Assembly: GCA_964016885.1 (NCBI GenBank)
Contig: OZ024743.1
Coordinates: forward strand, 279,434,001-279,498,000
From: Eledone cirrhosa
Lineage: Eukaryota
Reading direction: 5' to 3'
Length of the DNA stretch: 64,000 nucleotides
Shown: piece by piece, positions 1-14,101 of the stretch
Position numbering within the stretch: position 1 is the stretch's first letter
Layout: each line of letters opens with the position of its first letter
The notes under the pieces: model-generated
The model's input: only the letters and a program-made list of their open reading frames with translations
What the model was told of the DNA's origin: nothing
Database searches by the model: none
Translations under genes and position numbers: made by a program

Positions 1-736
1 CTTAGAAAACATTTAAAGCACAGACATTGCTTGTTCAGGATATGTTACAGGTTCGTATGGCTGGCCGTAGCCTAAAAGTGCACCAAAGTCTATAATCTGA
101 CAAGCGATTGCAATACTCTTAGCAGAGTTTGCAGCCATCATATATATAAAGAATGAAATAGAGAAAGTATTCCATAGTAAGATATACGCAGAGAAATATT
201 GATGTTGAGATAGAGAAACGGGTAGAATAATCTTTATATACCATATATGTTTGTAAACACAATATGTCAGTATATAAGAATATTCATGGCGATGTGTGTG
301 TGTGAGGGCCAGCAAGAGTGAGAGAGAGAGAGCGAGGGAGAGCAAGAGAGACAGAGGGGGTGAAGGGGAGAGAGAAGACACAGAGAAGGAAAGAATGAGA
401 AGGATATATAAAAAAATGAGAAAGAAAACAGTGTGAAGAAAATGTAACAATAGTTAAAATCATGTGATAATTCTGTTTAGACGGATAATTTTATCACAAC
501 AGAAAATACTTAGAAATGTAGAAAATATCTATTCTTGTTATTCTTGGCATTCCTGTTATTATTGTTATTATTATTAATATTTTCCTATGGTTGTTTACAT
601 CTCTTTTCTTTTCGAAGTGTGAGTTATTTCACTTCGAGTTTTCTAACCGCCATACACACTCACACAAACACAATTACACACAATTACACACAATTACACA
701 CACACACACATATATATATATACATATATAAACGTT

Positions 737-834
<98 letters not shown>

Positions 835-926
835 CAAGGGTAATGTGCGCGTACGTCGGTCCGGGTCTATATTCCATCAAGAATATATATATATATAAAT
901 ATATATGTATGCATATATACATATAC

Positions 927-959
<33 letters not shown>

Positions 960-1235
960 CGTGTGGATGTGTGTGTGTTCTTTTCTTTCAACCTTCTTGA
1001 AGGTTCTTTCTATAAAATTGCATTTTTTTATATGCTACGGTAACAATAACACAATAGAAAAGAGATTGAGAAGCCGGCTTGATAATTCTCTTGCGATAGC
1101 TTAGTCTGATGAAATGGCTTCTTTCTTAGCTTCATAACACAGCGGATATTGTAACTTGCAATACCTTACCATATATCATGTACATATATACGCACACACA
1201 CATAAGCACGCACACACCCTGTATATATATATATG

Positions 1236-1368
<133 letters not shown>

Positions 1369-1397
1369 TTATATATATATGTATATATATTTACATA

Positions 1398-1715
<318 letters not shown>

Positions 1716-1908
1716 TTATATAAATATATATATATTTATATATATATATATATATATATATCCATATATATATATATGAATATATACATATATATATATA
1801 TATATGTGAATATAGACATAGAATATTCGAAAATATTCTGTATGTTTATAATAAACATTTTGAAGACCTAATCGCTATAGAATAGAATACGTCACGTATT
1901 ACAATTAG

Positions 1909-1998
1909 ATTCTCGATAAAAGCAAGGGAAGTAAGTCTACGCGTTTCATTCTTGTTAGAATTCATCAGGACTACATATCCAGTGCTTTTATCGAGAAT
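1909..1998 (-). ncRNA. Minimal type I hammerhead ribozyme, representative - strand copy (TCATCAG at 1962+311n, n=0..10)
   Basis: Reverse complement of the 5511-5600 motif. Confidence 0.9.
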
Positions 1999-4900
1999 GA
2001 CACAGCTAGAGACTTATAGAATACTTAGCTGTGTACAGGAACTGGTTTGAAAGAGCGGTTGCCGGTCCGGCAGAAATTAGAAATTGGAATAAATGCTCTG
2101 AAATAGCGATATATATGTGAATATAGACATAGAATATTCGAAAATATTCTGTATGTTTATAATAAACATTTTGAAGACCTAATCGCTATAGAATAGAATA
2201 CGTCACGTATTACAATTAGATTCTCGATAAAAGCAAGGGAAGTAAGTCTACGCGTTTCATTCTTGTTAGAATTCATCAGGACTACATATCCAGTGCTTTT
2301 ATCGAGAATGACACAGCTAGAGACTTATAGAATACTTAGCTGTGTACAGGAACTGGTTTGAAAGAGCGGTTGCCGGTCCGGCAGAAATTAGAAATTGGAA
2401 TAAATGCTCTGAAATAGCGATATATATGTGAATATAGACATAGAATATTCGAAAATATTCTGTATGTTTATAATAAACATTTTGAAGACCTAATCGCTAT
2501 AGAATAGAATACGTCACGTATTACAATTAGATTCTCGATAAAAGCAAGGGAAGTAAGTCTACGCGTTTCATTCTTGTTAGAATTCATCAGGACTACATAT
2601 CCAGTGCTTTTATCGAGAATGACACAGCTAGAGACTTATAGAATACTTAGCTGTGTACAGGAACTGGTTTGAAAGAGCGGTTGCCGGTCCGGCAGAAATT
2701 AGAAATTGGAATAAATGCTCTGAAATAGCGATATATATGTGAATATAGACATAGAATATTCGAAAATATTCTGTATGTTTATAATAAACATTTTGAAGAC
2801 CTAATCGCTATAGAATAGAATACGTCACGTATTACAATTAGATTCTCGATAAAAGCAAGGGAAGTAAGTCTACGCGTTTCATTCTTGTTAGAATTCATCA
2901 GGACTACATATCCAGTGCTTTTATCGAGAATGACACAGCTAGAGACTTATAGAATACTTAGCTGTGTACAGGAACTGGTTTGAAAGAGCGGTTGCCGGTC
3001 CGGCAGAAATTAGAAATTGGAATAAATGCTCTGAAATAGCGATATATATGTGAATATAGACATAGAATATTCGAAAATATTCTGTATGTTTATAATAAAC
3101 ATTTTGAAGACCTAATCGCTATAGAATAGAATACGTCACGTATTACAATTAGATTCTCGATAAAAGCAAGGGAAGTAAGTCTACGCGTTTCATTCTTGTT
3201 AGAATTCATCAGGACTACATATCCAGTGCTTTTATCGAGAATGACACAGCTAGAGACTTATAGAATACTTAGCTGTGTACAGGAACTGGTTTGAAAGAGC
3301 GGTTGCCGGTCCGGCAGAAATTAGAAATTGGAATAAATGCTCTGAAATAGCGATATATATGTGAATATAGACATAGAATATTCGAAAATATTCTGTATGT
3401 TTATAATAAACATTTTGAAGACCTAATCGCTATAGAATAGAATACGTCACGTATTACAATTAGATTCTCGATAAAAGCAAGGGAAGTAAGTCTACGCGTT
3501 TCATTCTTGTTAGAATTCATCAGGACTACATATCCAGTGCTTTTATCGAGAATGACACAGCTAGAGACTTATAGAATACTTAGCTGTGTACAGGAACTGG
3601 TTTGAAAGAGCGGTTGCCGGTCCGGCAGAAATTAGAAATTGGAATAAATGCTCTGAAATAGCGATATATATGTGAATATAGACATAGAATATTCGAAAAT
3701 ATTCTGTATGTTTATAATAAACATTTTGAAGACCTAATCGCTATAGAATAGAATACGTCACGTATTACAATTAGATTCTCGATAAAAGCAAGGGAAGTAA
3801 GTCTACGCGTTTCATTCTTGTTAGAATTCATCAGGACTACATATCCAGTGCTTTTATCGAGAATGACACAGCTAGAGACTTATAGAATACTTAGCTGTGT
3901 ACAGGAACTGGTTTGAAAGAGCGGTTGCCGGTCCGGCAGAAATTAGAAATTGGAATAAATGCTCTGAAATAGCGATATATATGTGAATATAGACATAGAA
4001 TATTCGAAAATATTCTGTATGTTTATAATAAACATTTTGAAGACCTAATCGCTATAGAATAGAATACGTCACGTATTACAATTAGATTCTCGATAAAAGC
4101 AAGGGAAGTAAGTCTACGCGTTTCATTCTTGTTAGAATTCATCAGGACTACATATCCAGTGCTTTTATCGAGAATGACACAGCTAGAGACTTATAGAATA
4201 CTTAGCTGTGTACAGGAACTGGTTTGAAAGAGCGGTTGCCGGTCCGGCAGAAATTAGAAATTGGAATAAATGCTCTGAAATAGCGATATATATGTGAATA
4301 TAGACATAGAATATTCGAAAATATTCTGTATGTTTATAATAAACATTTTGAAGACCTAATCGCTATAGAATAGAATACGTCACGTATTACAATTAGATTC
4401 TCGATAAAAGCAAGGGAAGTAAGTCTACGCGTTTCATTCTTGTTAGAATTCATCAGGACTACATATCCAGTGCTTTTATCGAGAATGACACAGCTAGAGA
4501 CTTATAGAATACTTAGCTGTGTACAGGAACTGGTTTGAAAGAGCGGTTGCCGGTCCGGCAGAAATTAGAAATTGGAATAAATGCTCTGAAATAGCGATAT
4601 ATATGTGAATATAGACATAGAATATTCGAAAATATTCTGTATGTTTATAATAAACATTTTGAAGACCTAATCGCTATAGAATAGAATACGTCACGTATTA
4701 CAATTAGATTCTCGATAAAAGCAAGGGAAGTAAGTCTACGCGTTTCATTCTTGTTAGAATTCATCAGGACTACATATCCAGTGCTTTTATCGAGAATGAC
4801 ACAGCTAGAGACTTATAGAATACTTAGCTGTGTACAGGAACTGGTTTGAAAGAGCGGTTGCCGGTCCGGCAGAAATTAGAAATTGGAATAAATGCTCTGA

Positions 4901-5510
4901 AATAGCGATATATATGTGAATATAGACATAGAATATTCGAAAATATTCTGTATGTTTATAATAAACATTTTGAAGACCTAATCGCTATAGAATAGAATAC
5001 GTCACGTATTACAATTAGATTCTCGATAAAAGCAAGGGAAGTAAGTCTACGCGTTTCATTCTTGTTAGAATTCATCAGGACTACATATCCAGTGCTTTTA
5101 TCGAGAATGACACAGCTAGAGACTTATAGAATACTTAGCTGTGTACAGGAACTGGTTTGAAAGAGCGGTTGCCGGTCCGGCAGAAATTAGAAATTGGAAT
5201 AAATGCTCTGAAATAGCGATATATATGTGAATATAGACATAGAATATTCGAAAATATTCTGTATGTTTATAATAAACATTTTGAAGACCTAATCGCTATA
5301 GAATAGAATATTCTATTCTATAGCGATTAGGTCTTCAAAATGTTTATTATAAACATACAGAATATTTTCGAATATTCTATGTCTATATTCACATATATAT
5401 CGCTATTTCAGAGCATTTATTCCAATTTCTAATTTCTGCCGGACCGGCAACCGCTCTTTCAAACCAGTTCCTGTACACAGCTAAGTATTCTATAAGTCTC
5501 TAGCTGTGTC

Positions 5511-5600
5511 ATTCTCGATAAAAGCACTGGATATGTAGTCCTGATGAATTCTAACAAGAATGAAACGCGTAGACTTACTTCCCTTGCTTTTATCGAGAAT
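5511..5600 (+). ncRNA. Minimal type I hammerhead ribozyme, representative + strand copy (cores at 5541+311n, n=0..8)
   Basis: GTAGTC-CTGATGA-ATTCT aaca AGAAT-GAAA-CGCG-TA-GACTTAC: intact core, 5-bp stem II, palindromic stem III (ACGCGT), predicted cleavage after GUA at 5571. Stem I is extended by a perfect 16-bp helix, 5511-5526 with 5585-5600. Confidence 0.9.
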
Positions 5601-8219
5601 CTAATTGTAATACGTGACGTATTCTATTCTATAGCGATTAGGTCTTCAAAATGTTTATTATAAACATACAGAATATTTTCGAATATTCTATGTCTATATT
5701 CACATATATATCGCTATTTCAGAGCATTTATTCCAATTTCTAATTTCTGCCGGACCGGCAACCGCTCTTTCAAACCAGTTCCTGTACACAGCTAAGTATT
5801 CTATAAGTCTCTAGCTGTGTCATTCTCGATAAAAGCACTGGATATGTAGTCCTGATGAATTCTAACAAGAATGAAACGCGTAGACTTACTTCCCTTGCTT
5901 TTATCGAGAATCTAATTGTAATACGTGACGTATTCTATTCTATAGCGATTAGGTCTTCAAAATGTTTATTATAAACATACAGAATATTTTCGAATATTCT
6001 ATGTCTATATTCACATATATATCGCTATTTCAGAGCATTTATTCCAATTTCTAATTTCTGCCGGACCGGCAACCGCTCTTTCAAACCAGTTCCTGTACAC
6101 AGCTAAGTATTCTATAAGTCTCTAGCTGTGTCATTCTCGATAAAAGCACTGGATATGTAGTCCTGATGAATTCTAACAAGAATGAAACGCGTAGACTTAC
6201 TTCCCTTGCTTTTATCGAGAATCTAATTGTAATACGTGACGTATTCTATTCTATAGCGATTAGGTCTTCAAAATGTTTATTATAAACATACAGAATATTT
6301 TCGAATATTCTATGTCTATATTCACATATATATCGCTATTTCAGAGCATTTATTCCAATTTCTAATTTCTGCCGGACCGGCAACCGCTCTTTCAAACCAG
6401 TTCCTGTACACAGCTAAGTATTCTATAAGTCTCTAGCTGTGTCATTCTCGATAAAAGCACTGGATATGTAGTCCTGATGAATTCTAACAAGAATGAAACG
6501 CGTAGACTTACTTCCCTTGCTTTTATCGAGAATCTAATTGTAATACGTGACGTATTCTATTCTATAGCGATTAGGTCTTCAAAATGTTTATTATAAACAT
6601 ACAGAATATTTTCGAATATTCTATGTCTATATTCACATATATATCGCTATTTCAGAGCATTTATTCCAATTTCTAATTTCTGCCGGACCGGCAACCGCTC
6701 TTTCAAACCAGTTCCTGTACACAGCTAAGTATTCTATAAGTCTCTAGCTGTGTCATTCTCGATAAAAGCACTGGATATGTAGTCCTGATGAATTCTAACA
6801 AGAATGAAACGCGTAGACTTACTTCCCTTGCTTTTATCGAGAATCTAATTGTAATACGTGACGTATTCTATTCTATAGCGATTAGGTCTTCAAAATGTTT
6901 ATTATAAACATACAGAATATTTTCGAATATTCTATGTCTATATTCACATATATATCGCTATTTCAGAGCATTTATTCCAATTTCTAATTTCTGCCGGACC
7001 GGCAACCGCTCTTTCAAACCAGTTCCTGTACACAGCTAAGTATTCTATAAGTCTCTAGCTGTGTCATTCTCGATAAAAGCACTGGATATGTAGTCCTGAT
7101 GAATTCTAACAAGAATGAAACGCGTAGACTTACTTCCCTTGCTTTTATCGAGAATCTAATTGTAATACGTGACGTATTCTATTCTATAGCGATTAGGTCT
7201 TCAAAATGTTTATTATAAACATACAGAATATTTTCGAATATTCTATGTCTATATTCACATATATATCGCTATTTCAGAGCATTTATTCCAATTTCTAATT
7301 TCTGCCGGACCGGCAACCGCTCTTTCAAACCAGTTCCTGTACACAGCTAAGTATTCTATAAGTCTCTAGCTGTGTCATTCTCGATAAAAGCACTGGATAT
7401 GTAGTCCTGATGAATTCTAACAAGAATGAAACGCGTAGACTTACTTCCCTTGCTTTTATCGAGAATCTAATTGTAATACGTGACGTATTCTATTCTATAG
7501 CGATTAGGTCTTCAAAATGTTTATTATAAACATACAGAATATTTTCGAATATTCTATGTCTATATTCACATATATATCGCTATTTCAGAGCATTTATTCC
7601 AATTTCTAATTTCTGCCGGACCGGCAACCGCTCTTTCAAACCAGTTCCTGTACACAGCTAAGTATTCTATAAGTCTCTAGCTGTGTCATTCTCGATAAAA
7701 GCACTGGATATGTAGTCCTGATGAATTCTAACAAGAATGAAACGCGTAGACTTACTTCCCTTGCTTTTATCGAGAATCTAATTGTAATACGTGACGTATT
7801 CTATTCTATAGCGATTAGGTCTTCAAAATGTTTATTATAAACATACAGAATATTTTCGAATATTCTATGTCTATATTCACATATATATCGCTATTTCAGA
7901 GCATTTATTCCAATTTCTAATTTCTGCCGGACCGGCAACCGCTCTTTCAAACCAGTTCCTGTACACAGCTAAGTATTCTATAAGTCTCTAGCTGTGTCAT
8001 TCTCGATAAAAGCACTGGATATGTAGTCCTGATGAATTCTAACAAGAATGAAACGCGTAGACTTACTTCCCTTGCTTTTATCGAGAATCTAATTGTAATA
8101 CGTGACGTATTCTATTCTATAGCGATTAGGTCTTCAAAATGTTTATTATAAACATACAGAATATTTTCGAATATTCTATGTCTATATTCACATATATATC
8201 GCTATTTCAGAGCATTTAT

Positions 8220-8314
<95 letters not shown>

Positions 8315-8319
8315 TATAT

Positions 8320-8350
<31 letters not shown>

Positions 8351-8371
8351 TACATATATACATATATATAC

Positions 8372-8436
<65 letters not shown>

Positions 8437-8751
8437 ATATATATATACTTCAGCAATAAAATTACTCTAAATTGACTCATATACAAACAAAAACACTAAA
8501 ACCTACACATGCCACACACGACACATACATTATCATGATCACTCCCACTGTTACACATCGATACACCAAAGAATACACACTTTCAATCTCCTACAGACAG
8601 ACAAATGCATGGACAGAGTGTTACTACCACCTCCACACCATCGCCATCACACGTCTATTCAATATTCTGCCTCGATGAGATGATGTTGAATCGTGAATAT
8701 CTCTATTAAGATTATTACGATTATCATTATTGATGAAAACGATGGTAGCGT

Positions 8752-8753
8752 TG

Positions 8754-8785
<32 letters not shown>

Positions 8786-8786
8786 T

Positions 8787-8824
<38 letters not shown>

Positions 8825-8846
8825 GGTGGTGGTGGTGGTGGTAGTG

Positions 8847-8884
<38 letters not shown>

Positions 8885-8942
8885 TGTAGTAGTAGTAGTA
8901 GTAGTGGTAGTGGTAGTGGTAGTAGTAGTAGTAGTAGTAGTG

Positions 8943-9002
<60 letters not shown>

Positions 9003-9062
9003 TTATTAGTAGTAGTAGTAGTAGTGGTGGTGGTGGTGTTGATGTTGGTTTTGGTGGTGGTG
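8752..9062. repeat. (GTA)n/(GTG)n microsatellite
   Basis: Direct reading; source of the poly-T/S/V ORFs. Confidence 0.95.
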
Positions 9063-9084
9063 AAAATGATAGTTTGGATAATGA

Positions 9085-9390
9085 TTTCTAGTATAAGCAC
9101 AAGGCCAGTAATTTGGAGGGAGGGGAAAGTCGATTAAATCGAACGAGTGCATTACTGGTACTTTATTTTATCGAGCTCGTAAAGATGAAAGGCAAAGCTA
9201 AGCTCGACGGGACTTGAACTCAGATCATAAAGGATAGTAACTCTATGCTGCAAAGTATTATTTTATCGACCCTCTTAAGGATGACAGGTTAACTTTGCCT
9301 TTCATCCTTAAGGAATCGATAAAATAAAGTACTAGTAATGCACTGGGAGTTTTTGTTGGTCTTGTGCCAAAAGTAGAAACAATTATTATT
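9085..9390. mobile_element. Two divergently oriented SINE fragments (- 9085-9250, + 9285-9390)
   Basis: Both match the core TTAACTTTGCCTTTCATCC...TCGATAAAATAAAGTAC and the tail CCTTGTGCCAAAAGTAGAAACAATTATT seen at 54277-54462. Confidence 0.75.
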
Positions 9391-9453
9391 ATTATTATTA
9401 ATCTCCAAACCATCAACTTTTCCTTTACTTTTTCTTTTTCAACTTCTACTACA

Positions 9454-9506
<53 letters not shown>

Positions 9507-9559
9507 CAACACTACCATCGTTTTCATCATTATCCCTATCATCAGAATCATCATCATCA

Positions 9560-10684
9560 TCTATATATTAATGTCCACAACGTCAGTATTCCGTGTGTCA
9601 TAATTCTCGATTATCATTGGTTCATCGGTTTCAAACGACTCCGCCCACTTCAACGCCGCCAAACTTAAATTAATACGCATAATGCCAATAAGGGAGTGAG
9701 AGGGAAGAGTAAGAAACAGAGGCAAAGTGAACGCTGTAATTATTACCATGTGTGCGTGTGTATGTACGTGCGCGTATGTTTATGTGTGTGTGCGTGCGTG
9801 CAGGGTTCCACAGAAAGTAAAAACTATCATCATGTGTGAGTGTGTAAGTGTGTATAAGTGCACGGGTGCGTGTGTAAGTTTGCGTGCGTGTGCGCGTTTC
9901 CATGCGTGTATGTGTGTGTACGTGGGGCGTTCCACAATCGCCACGCAGTTTATCTGTCTGTGTGCCTGGCTGTCAGTCTAACATACACAGAGTTGCGATG
10001 GGAGTAAATGGGGACCTTTTTTTACTTTGACGGACATCTTTTATATTTATTATTGTATCATTTTTTGACAATTGCTCGAAATGAATACTGATAATAAAAG
10101 CAATTCGACTTTATCAAACAGTGAACTACAGCGGCGACGGCGTGCAGCCAGGAATAAAGAAAAACGGGCCGAACAGCGCCATCGGAACGCCGAACTTCAG
10201 AGGCGAAGGTATACCGCCATGAATGAAGAGGGGCTGGCTGAACAACGCCAACCAAACACTGGAGCCAAGCAGCGACGGCATGCTGCGATAGTTGAAGACC
10301 AACTGGCTGAGCATCATCTTTTATATTAATTATCTATATCTATATCTACATATAATATAAAAGATTGGAACTTCCATCATCCTTTTGAGAAACGTGGAAT
10401 AACCACGTCTATGCAATGATACACGTTTTACAGTCAGGCAGAGAGGAACCATCTCCTAGCGGTCACTATTATAGGTGGGAACCTAGAATTGTTCATATAC
10501 TATGCCCAAACGGGACAACGAAGAATCTGGTATATCTGGAAGATTTTTGTTACTGTTTTTTTTGTATCATACCACGGACTCGCCTCATACTGTAATCAGA
10601 CAAACATCCAATACAGTCATTTTCTCTTGTACCTGTCTTCTCTTATCATCTGTTTACCCGGGCGAAGCTGGGTACGTCAGCAAT
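9560..10684 (+). mobile_element. Non-autonomous, internally deleted Helitron
   Basis: 5' TCTATATATTAA start. Charged Arg/Glu/Gln remnant at 10072-10329 resembles Helitron N-termini. 10490-10545 reads LF/ILCPNGTTKNLVYLE (frameshifted), like the Pif1 helicase C-terminus. 3' GC hairpin ACCCGGGCGAAGCTGGGT (10656-10673) is followed by ACGTCAGCAAT, a degenerate CTAG end. Confidence 0.65.
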
Positions 10685-10775
10685 TAATTATAATGGTTGT
10701 TTTGTTGTTTCCATTTTTGTTAGAAATATTATTGATATTAACATTATTAACCTCATATATATATTAGTAGTAGTT

Positions 10776-10995
10776 GGGCGGTGGATTGGCACTGCCGTTG
10801 GAGCATCGGACAACATGCTTTATGGCATAGAATTACGGCCCATTACGTTCTGAGTTCAATACCCGCCGAGGTTAGATTTGGCTTTCATTCTTATGGGGTT
10901 GATGAAAATAAAGCACCAGTAATGCACTAGGGTCGATTTCATCAACTTTCCCCTTCCCAAAATTCCTGGCCTTGTGCCTAAAGTAGAAAAAATTA
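10776..10995 (+). mobile_element. tRNA-derived SINE
   Basis: GGCGGTGGATTGGCA head, GAGTTCAATACCC B-box-like motif, family core and tail. Confidence 0.8.
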
Positions 10996-11035
10996 TCTGA
11001 AGCAGCAACAACAGCAGTATTAGTAGTATTAGTAT

Positions 11036-11070
<35 letters not shown>

Positions 11071-11450
11071 ATAGAGGTAGTCGTGGTTGTGGTGATGGTG
11101 GTAGTTGTACCAGCAGCAGCAGTAGTAGTAGTATTAACATAACAGAAAAATTAAAAATTGATAAAATAGATAAATGAAAATACACACTAATGTATGTAAG
11201 AGCAATGCAAATAATTATTTTAAAATGTCTGGAAATATATATATACCACGAATGAATTAATACGAATAAAACACATGAACTCTGAAATGTGCGCATACGT
11301 TTACCTTACATGTACCCATATCCATACCCAGCAGTATGAGACTTATGTGTTTATCCAAGTGAACATAATTTGAATGTGTATTTGCATACGATTTGTAATT
11401 CAAGAAGTCACATTATAACTATGAATATATATATCAATATAGATATAGAT

Positions 11451-11486
<36 letters not shown>

Positions 11487-11539
11487 ATATATACACATAT
11501 ATACGCGCGCGCGCACACATGCAGATACATATATATATG

Positions 11540-11600
<61 letters not shown>

Positions 11601-11739
11601 GCGTATTATTGACGGGTTGAGAAAGTGTACTCAGTACCAAAGTAGAATTTAAATATTCATTTATTATGGTTAAGTGTGCAAGGTAAAACATCAGAATAAC
11701 AACGCTCATCACTTAGCAATTATACATATAGAGAGAGAG

Positions 11740-11865
11740 GTGGCATATCTATGAACTGACTAACTGCCTGATGAGGTCATAGCCATTCAATGGTTATCAT
11801 CCAAATATATATAGCAGTAAATAAAGGATTATGAGTTCATGCAATTGACTTATGTTTCGTCACTA
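11740..11865 (+). mobile_element. PLE pLTR fragment with decayed hammerhead (11763-11818)
   Basis: ACTGC-CTGATGA-long stem II-CAAA (GAAA mutated)-TATATA-TA-GCAGT; homologous to 31136-31191 and 60233-60288. Confidence 0.7.
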
Positions 11866-11876
11866 TATATATATCA

Positions 11877-11908
<32 letters not shown>

Positions 11909-13952
11909 ATGTATGTATGTATGTATATGACGTATGTATGACAGTATTTATATGTAAATGTGTGTGTATGTGTATATACATATATATATATACATAATAT
12001 GTGAACAAGACGAAGAATGGTGAGTACTCATATCTTAAATTATATTATTTATTTAATGTCGAAAATTCACAAATAATATCTCCCAGTTGATTTTGTTCTT
12101 CCGTTCTTTGACTATTTTGAAAATCGTACCACTCTGATGGCATTTAATATATATATATACTATCGAGAACATGAATATCAGAGCACCTTTTATAAAAGAT
12201 ATCTTATTGCAAGTCTTATTGCATAACAAACGTATTTTATAGTTCGATATTATTGCAATTACTTTGAAATCTAGATGGGGAGATGGAGTAGCTCTTTTTA
12301 GAAAAGCGATAGTATATATCTATACATAAATATACAAAGAAAACATGTATATAGATGCGAGGATAACAAAACGGGAATGTTTAAATTCATAAACATGTCC
12401 TATACTCGTGGGTGTCTATACAGAGATGACGGCAATTTAATATGGTGTAATATGAACTGTTGTAAATGATGTGGAATCAGAAAAGAAAACATAAAATTAT
12501 TTTGGCTTGTGAATTGCAAAAGTTACTTTATATTAGGTTTAAGAATTATGGTATTCACTAATTTTATTTATATTTTTTTAATATTACTTTAAACTTGATA
12601 CATATAAATTTTGCACTTAACGAAAACTGAATGGAAGATTATTTTATATAAGAAATCTAACGCTCCGTCCAATATTCTACGAAATTTGATAGTTAATATT
12701 AGTAAATCTATCACCACATTATCTCATGATGTGGCTTCGGTTATTAGTCTACAATAGTTGGATATGCTCATTACTATTTTTCTTTATTATAGCGAGGCCC
12801 TTCGTGATATTTTCCTTCAGGTAAAGTATGATATACAATGTTATATAATGTTTCAAACAAGATTTTGGTGCATTATACAAGTTTCAGTACATATGAAAAA
12901 ATGGATTAATATTTCTTAAATGTATTTCTTTTTTCATTTCCTGAAGAATTATATATCCCATAACAGCTTTAACAAAAACTCTATCACGACTAACACTTAT
13001 TATAAAAATGTTCAAGCTTCACCAATTCAGTTAAAGAAGCGTTTTTATCCTTAATCATACACTACTAGATAAAATTGTATTGCTTCAAATAAATTTCCCA
13101 ACGGTTTTTGACTTTTCAGTGCTTTAGAATATTTTGATAACGAAGAACTAAACAAGGAGAGTGTACCAACTTTTCTGGCAGATTAAGCGAGAATAAAATC
13201 AACACTCATTCTTCTCAACACATGAATTCATAGAACATGCACAGTAAGCATGGAAATGCATACTTAAGAAAGCAAGCCAATCACGTTTAATCAAATGGTT
13301 TCGGATAGATATATGTCATAAGCACATAGCAATTTTCTCTTGTATCTGCGTCGTAAAATCTGCTTATCTGAAAACTTACAGCATATACATATAAAACACA
13401 CGATGTAGAAATTCAATCTTTTAATCCTAAACATTTTTGAAACAATATGGACATATTCTGCACAATAATTGACTCCACCTTTTCATCATTTTTAGAAAAT
13501 ATTTCAATGCTTTCATTATTTTATTTCTATTGTATAGTTAGTGCTTTTTAAACACGTAGTCTTTTAAGCGTCCCTTTTTTTGGAAAAGCTGCTTATTTAT
13601 GAATAACTACTAATATTTTATGGGGTTTCTTTTTCAGAAATATATTTATACTATTCTGTAACTGGCAAATACCCTTCCAAGCTATACATACTTTTCAAAT
13701 AAACGCTATATTGTCAACCAATGAAATCTGTTTAGTGCATTCCATCTAATCAAAGTGTGTAAGGATATTTAAATATCTACACTCTATATTGAATATATGC
13801 CATTTATATGATGGTTTTTCCATAAATGCCTAAAAAGTGAAACTCGGAGTAAAGATATGTAACGCTTTAGTTTCCCATTAACCCCGCCTAAAAACATGCA
13901 CACATACACATACCTACATACACACGCGTGCGTAAACGCACACATATATGTG

Positions 13953-13995
<43 letters not shown>

Positions 13996-14060
13996 GTGTG
14001 TGTGTGTGCGTGTGTTTATGTGTGTGTGTGTATGTGTGTATGTGTGTGTGGGGGGGTGCG

Positions 14061-14101
<41 letters not shown>

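Larger units (their letters stand above)
1800..8225. repeat. Tandem array of a 311-bp hammerhead-containing unit (non-LTR retrozyme-like), in two oppositely oriented arms
   Basis: GTGAATATAGACATAG recurs at 1806, 2117, 2428 ... 5227 (period 311). Orientation flips at 5309|5310 (GAATAGAAT|ATTCTATTC), and reverse-complement units run to 8225. Both ends abut (TA)n. No differences between copies seen by eye. Confidence 0.97.

Noticed and set aside
1100-1140. CTGATGA as a possible hammerhead
   Set aside because: No GAAA or stems at the right spacing.
1800-8225. CRISPR array or tandem tRNA/5S/snRNA gene cluster
   Set aside because: Units are identical with no variable spacers and no cas genes. 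I see no cloverleaf, pol III boxes or recognisable 5S/snRNA sequence.
8624-9137. Poly-Thr/Ser/Val ORFs
   Set aside because: Trinucleotide microsatellite open in several frames on both strands.
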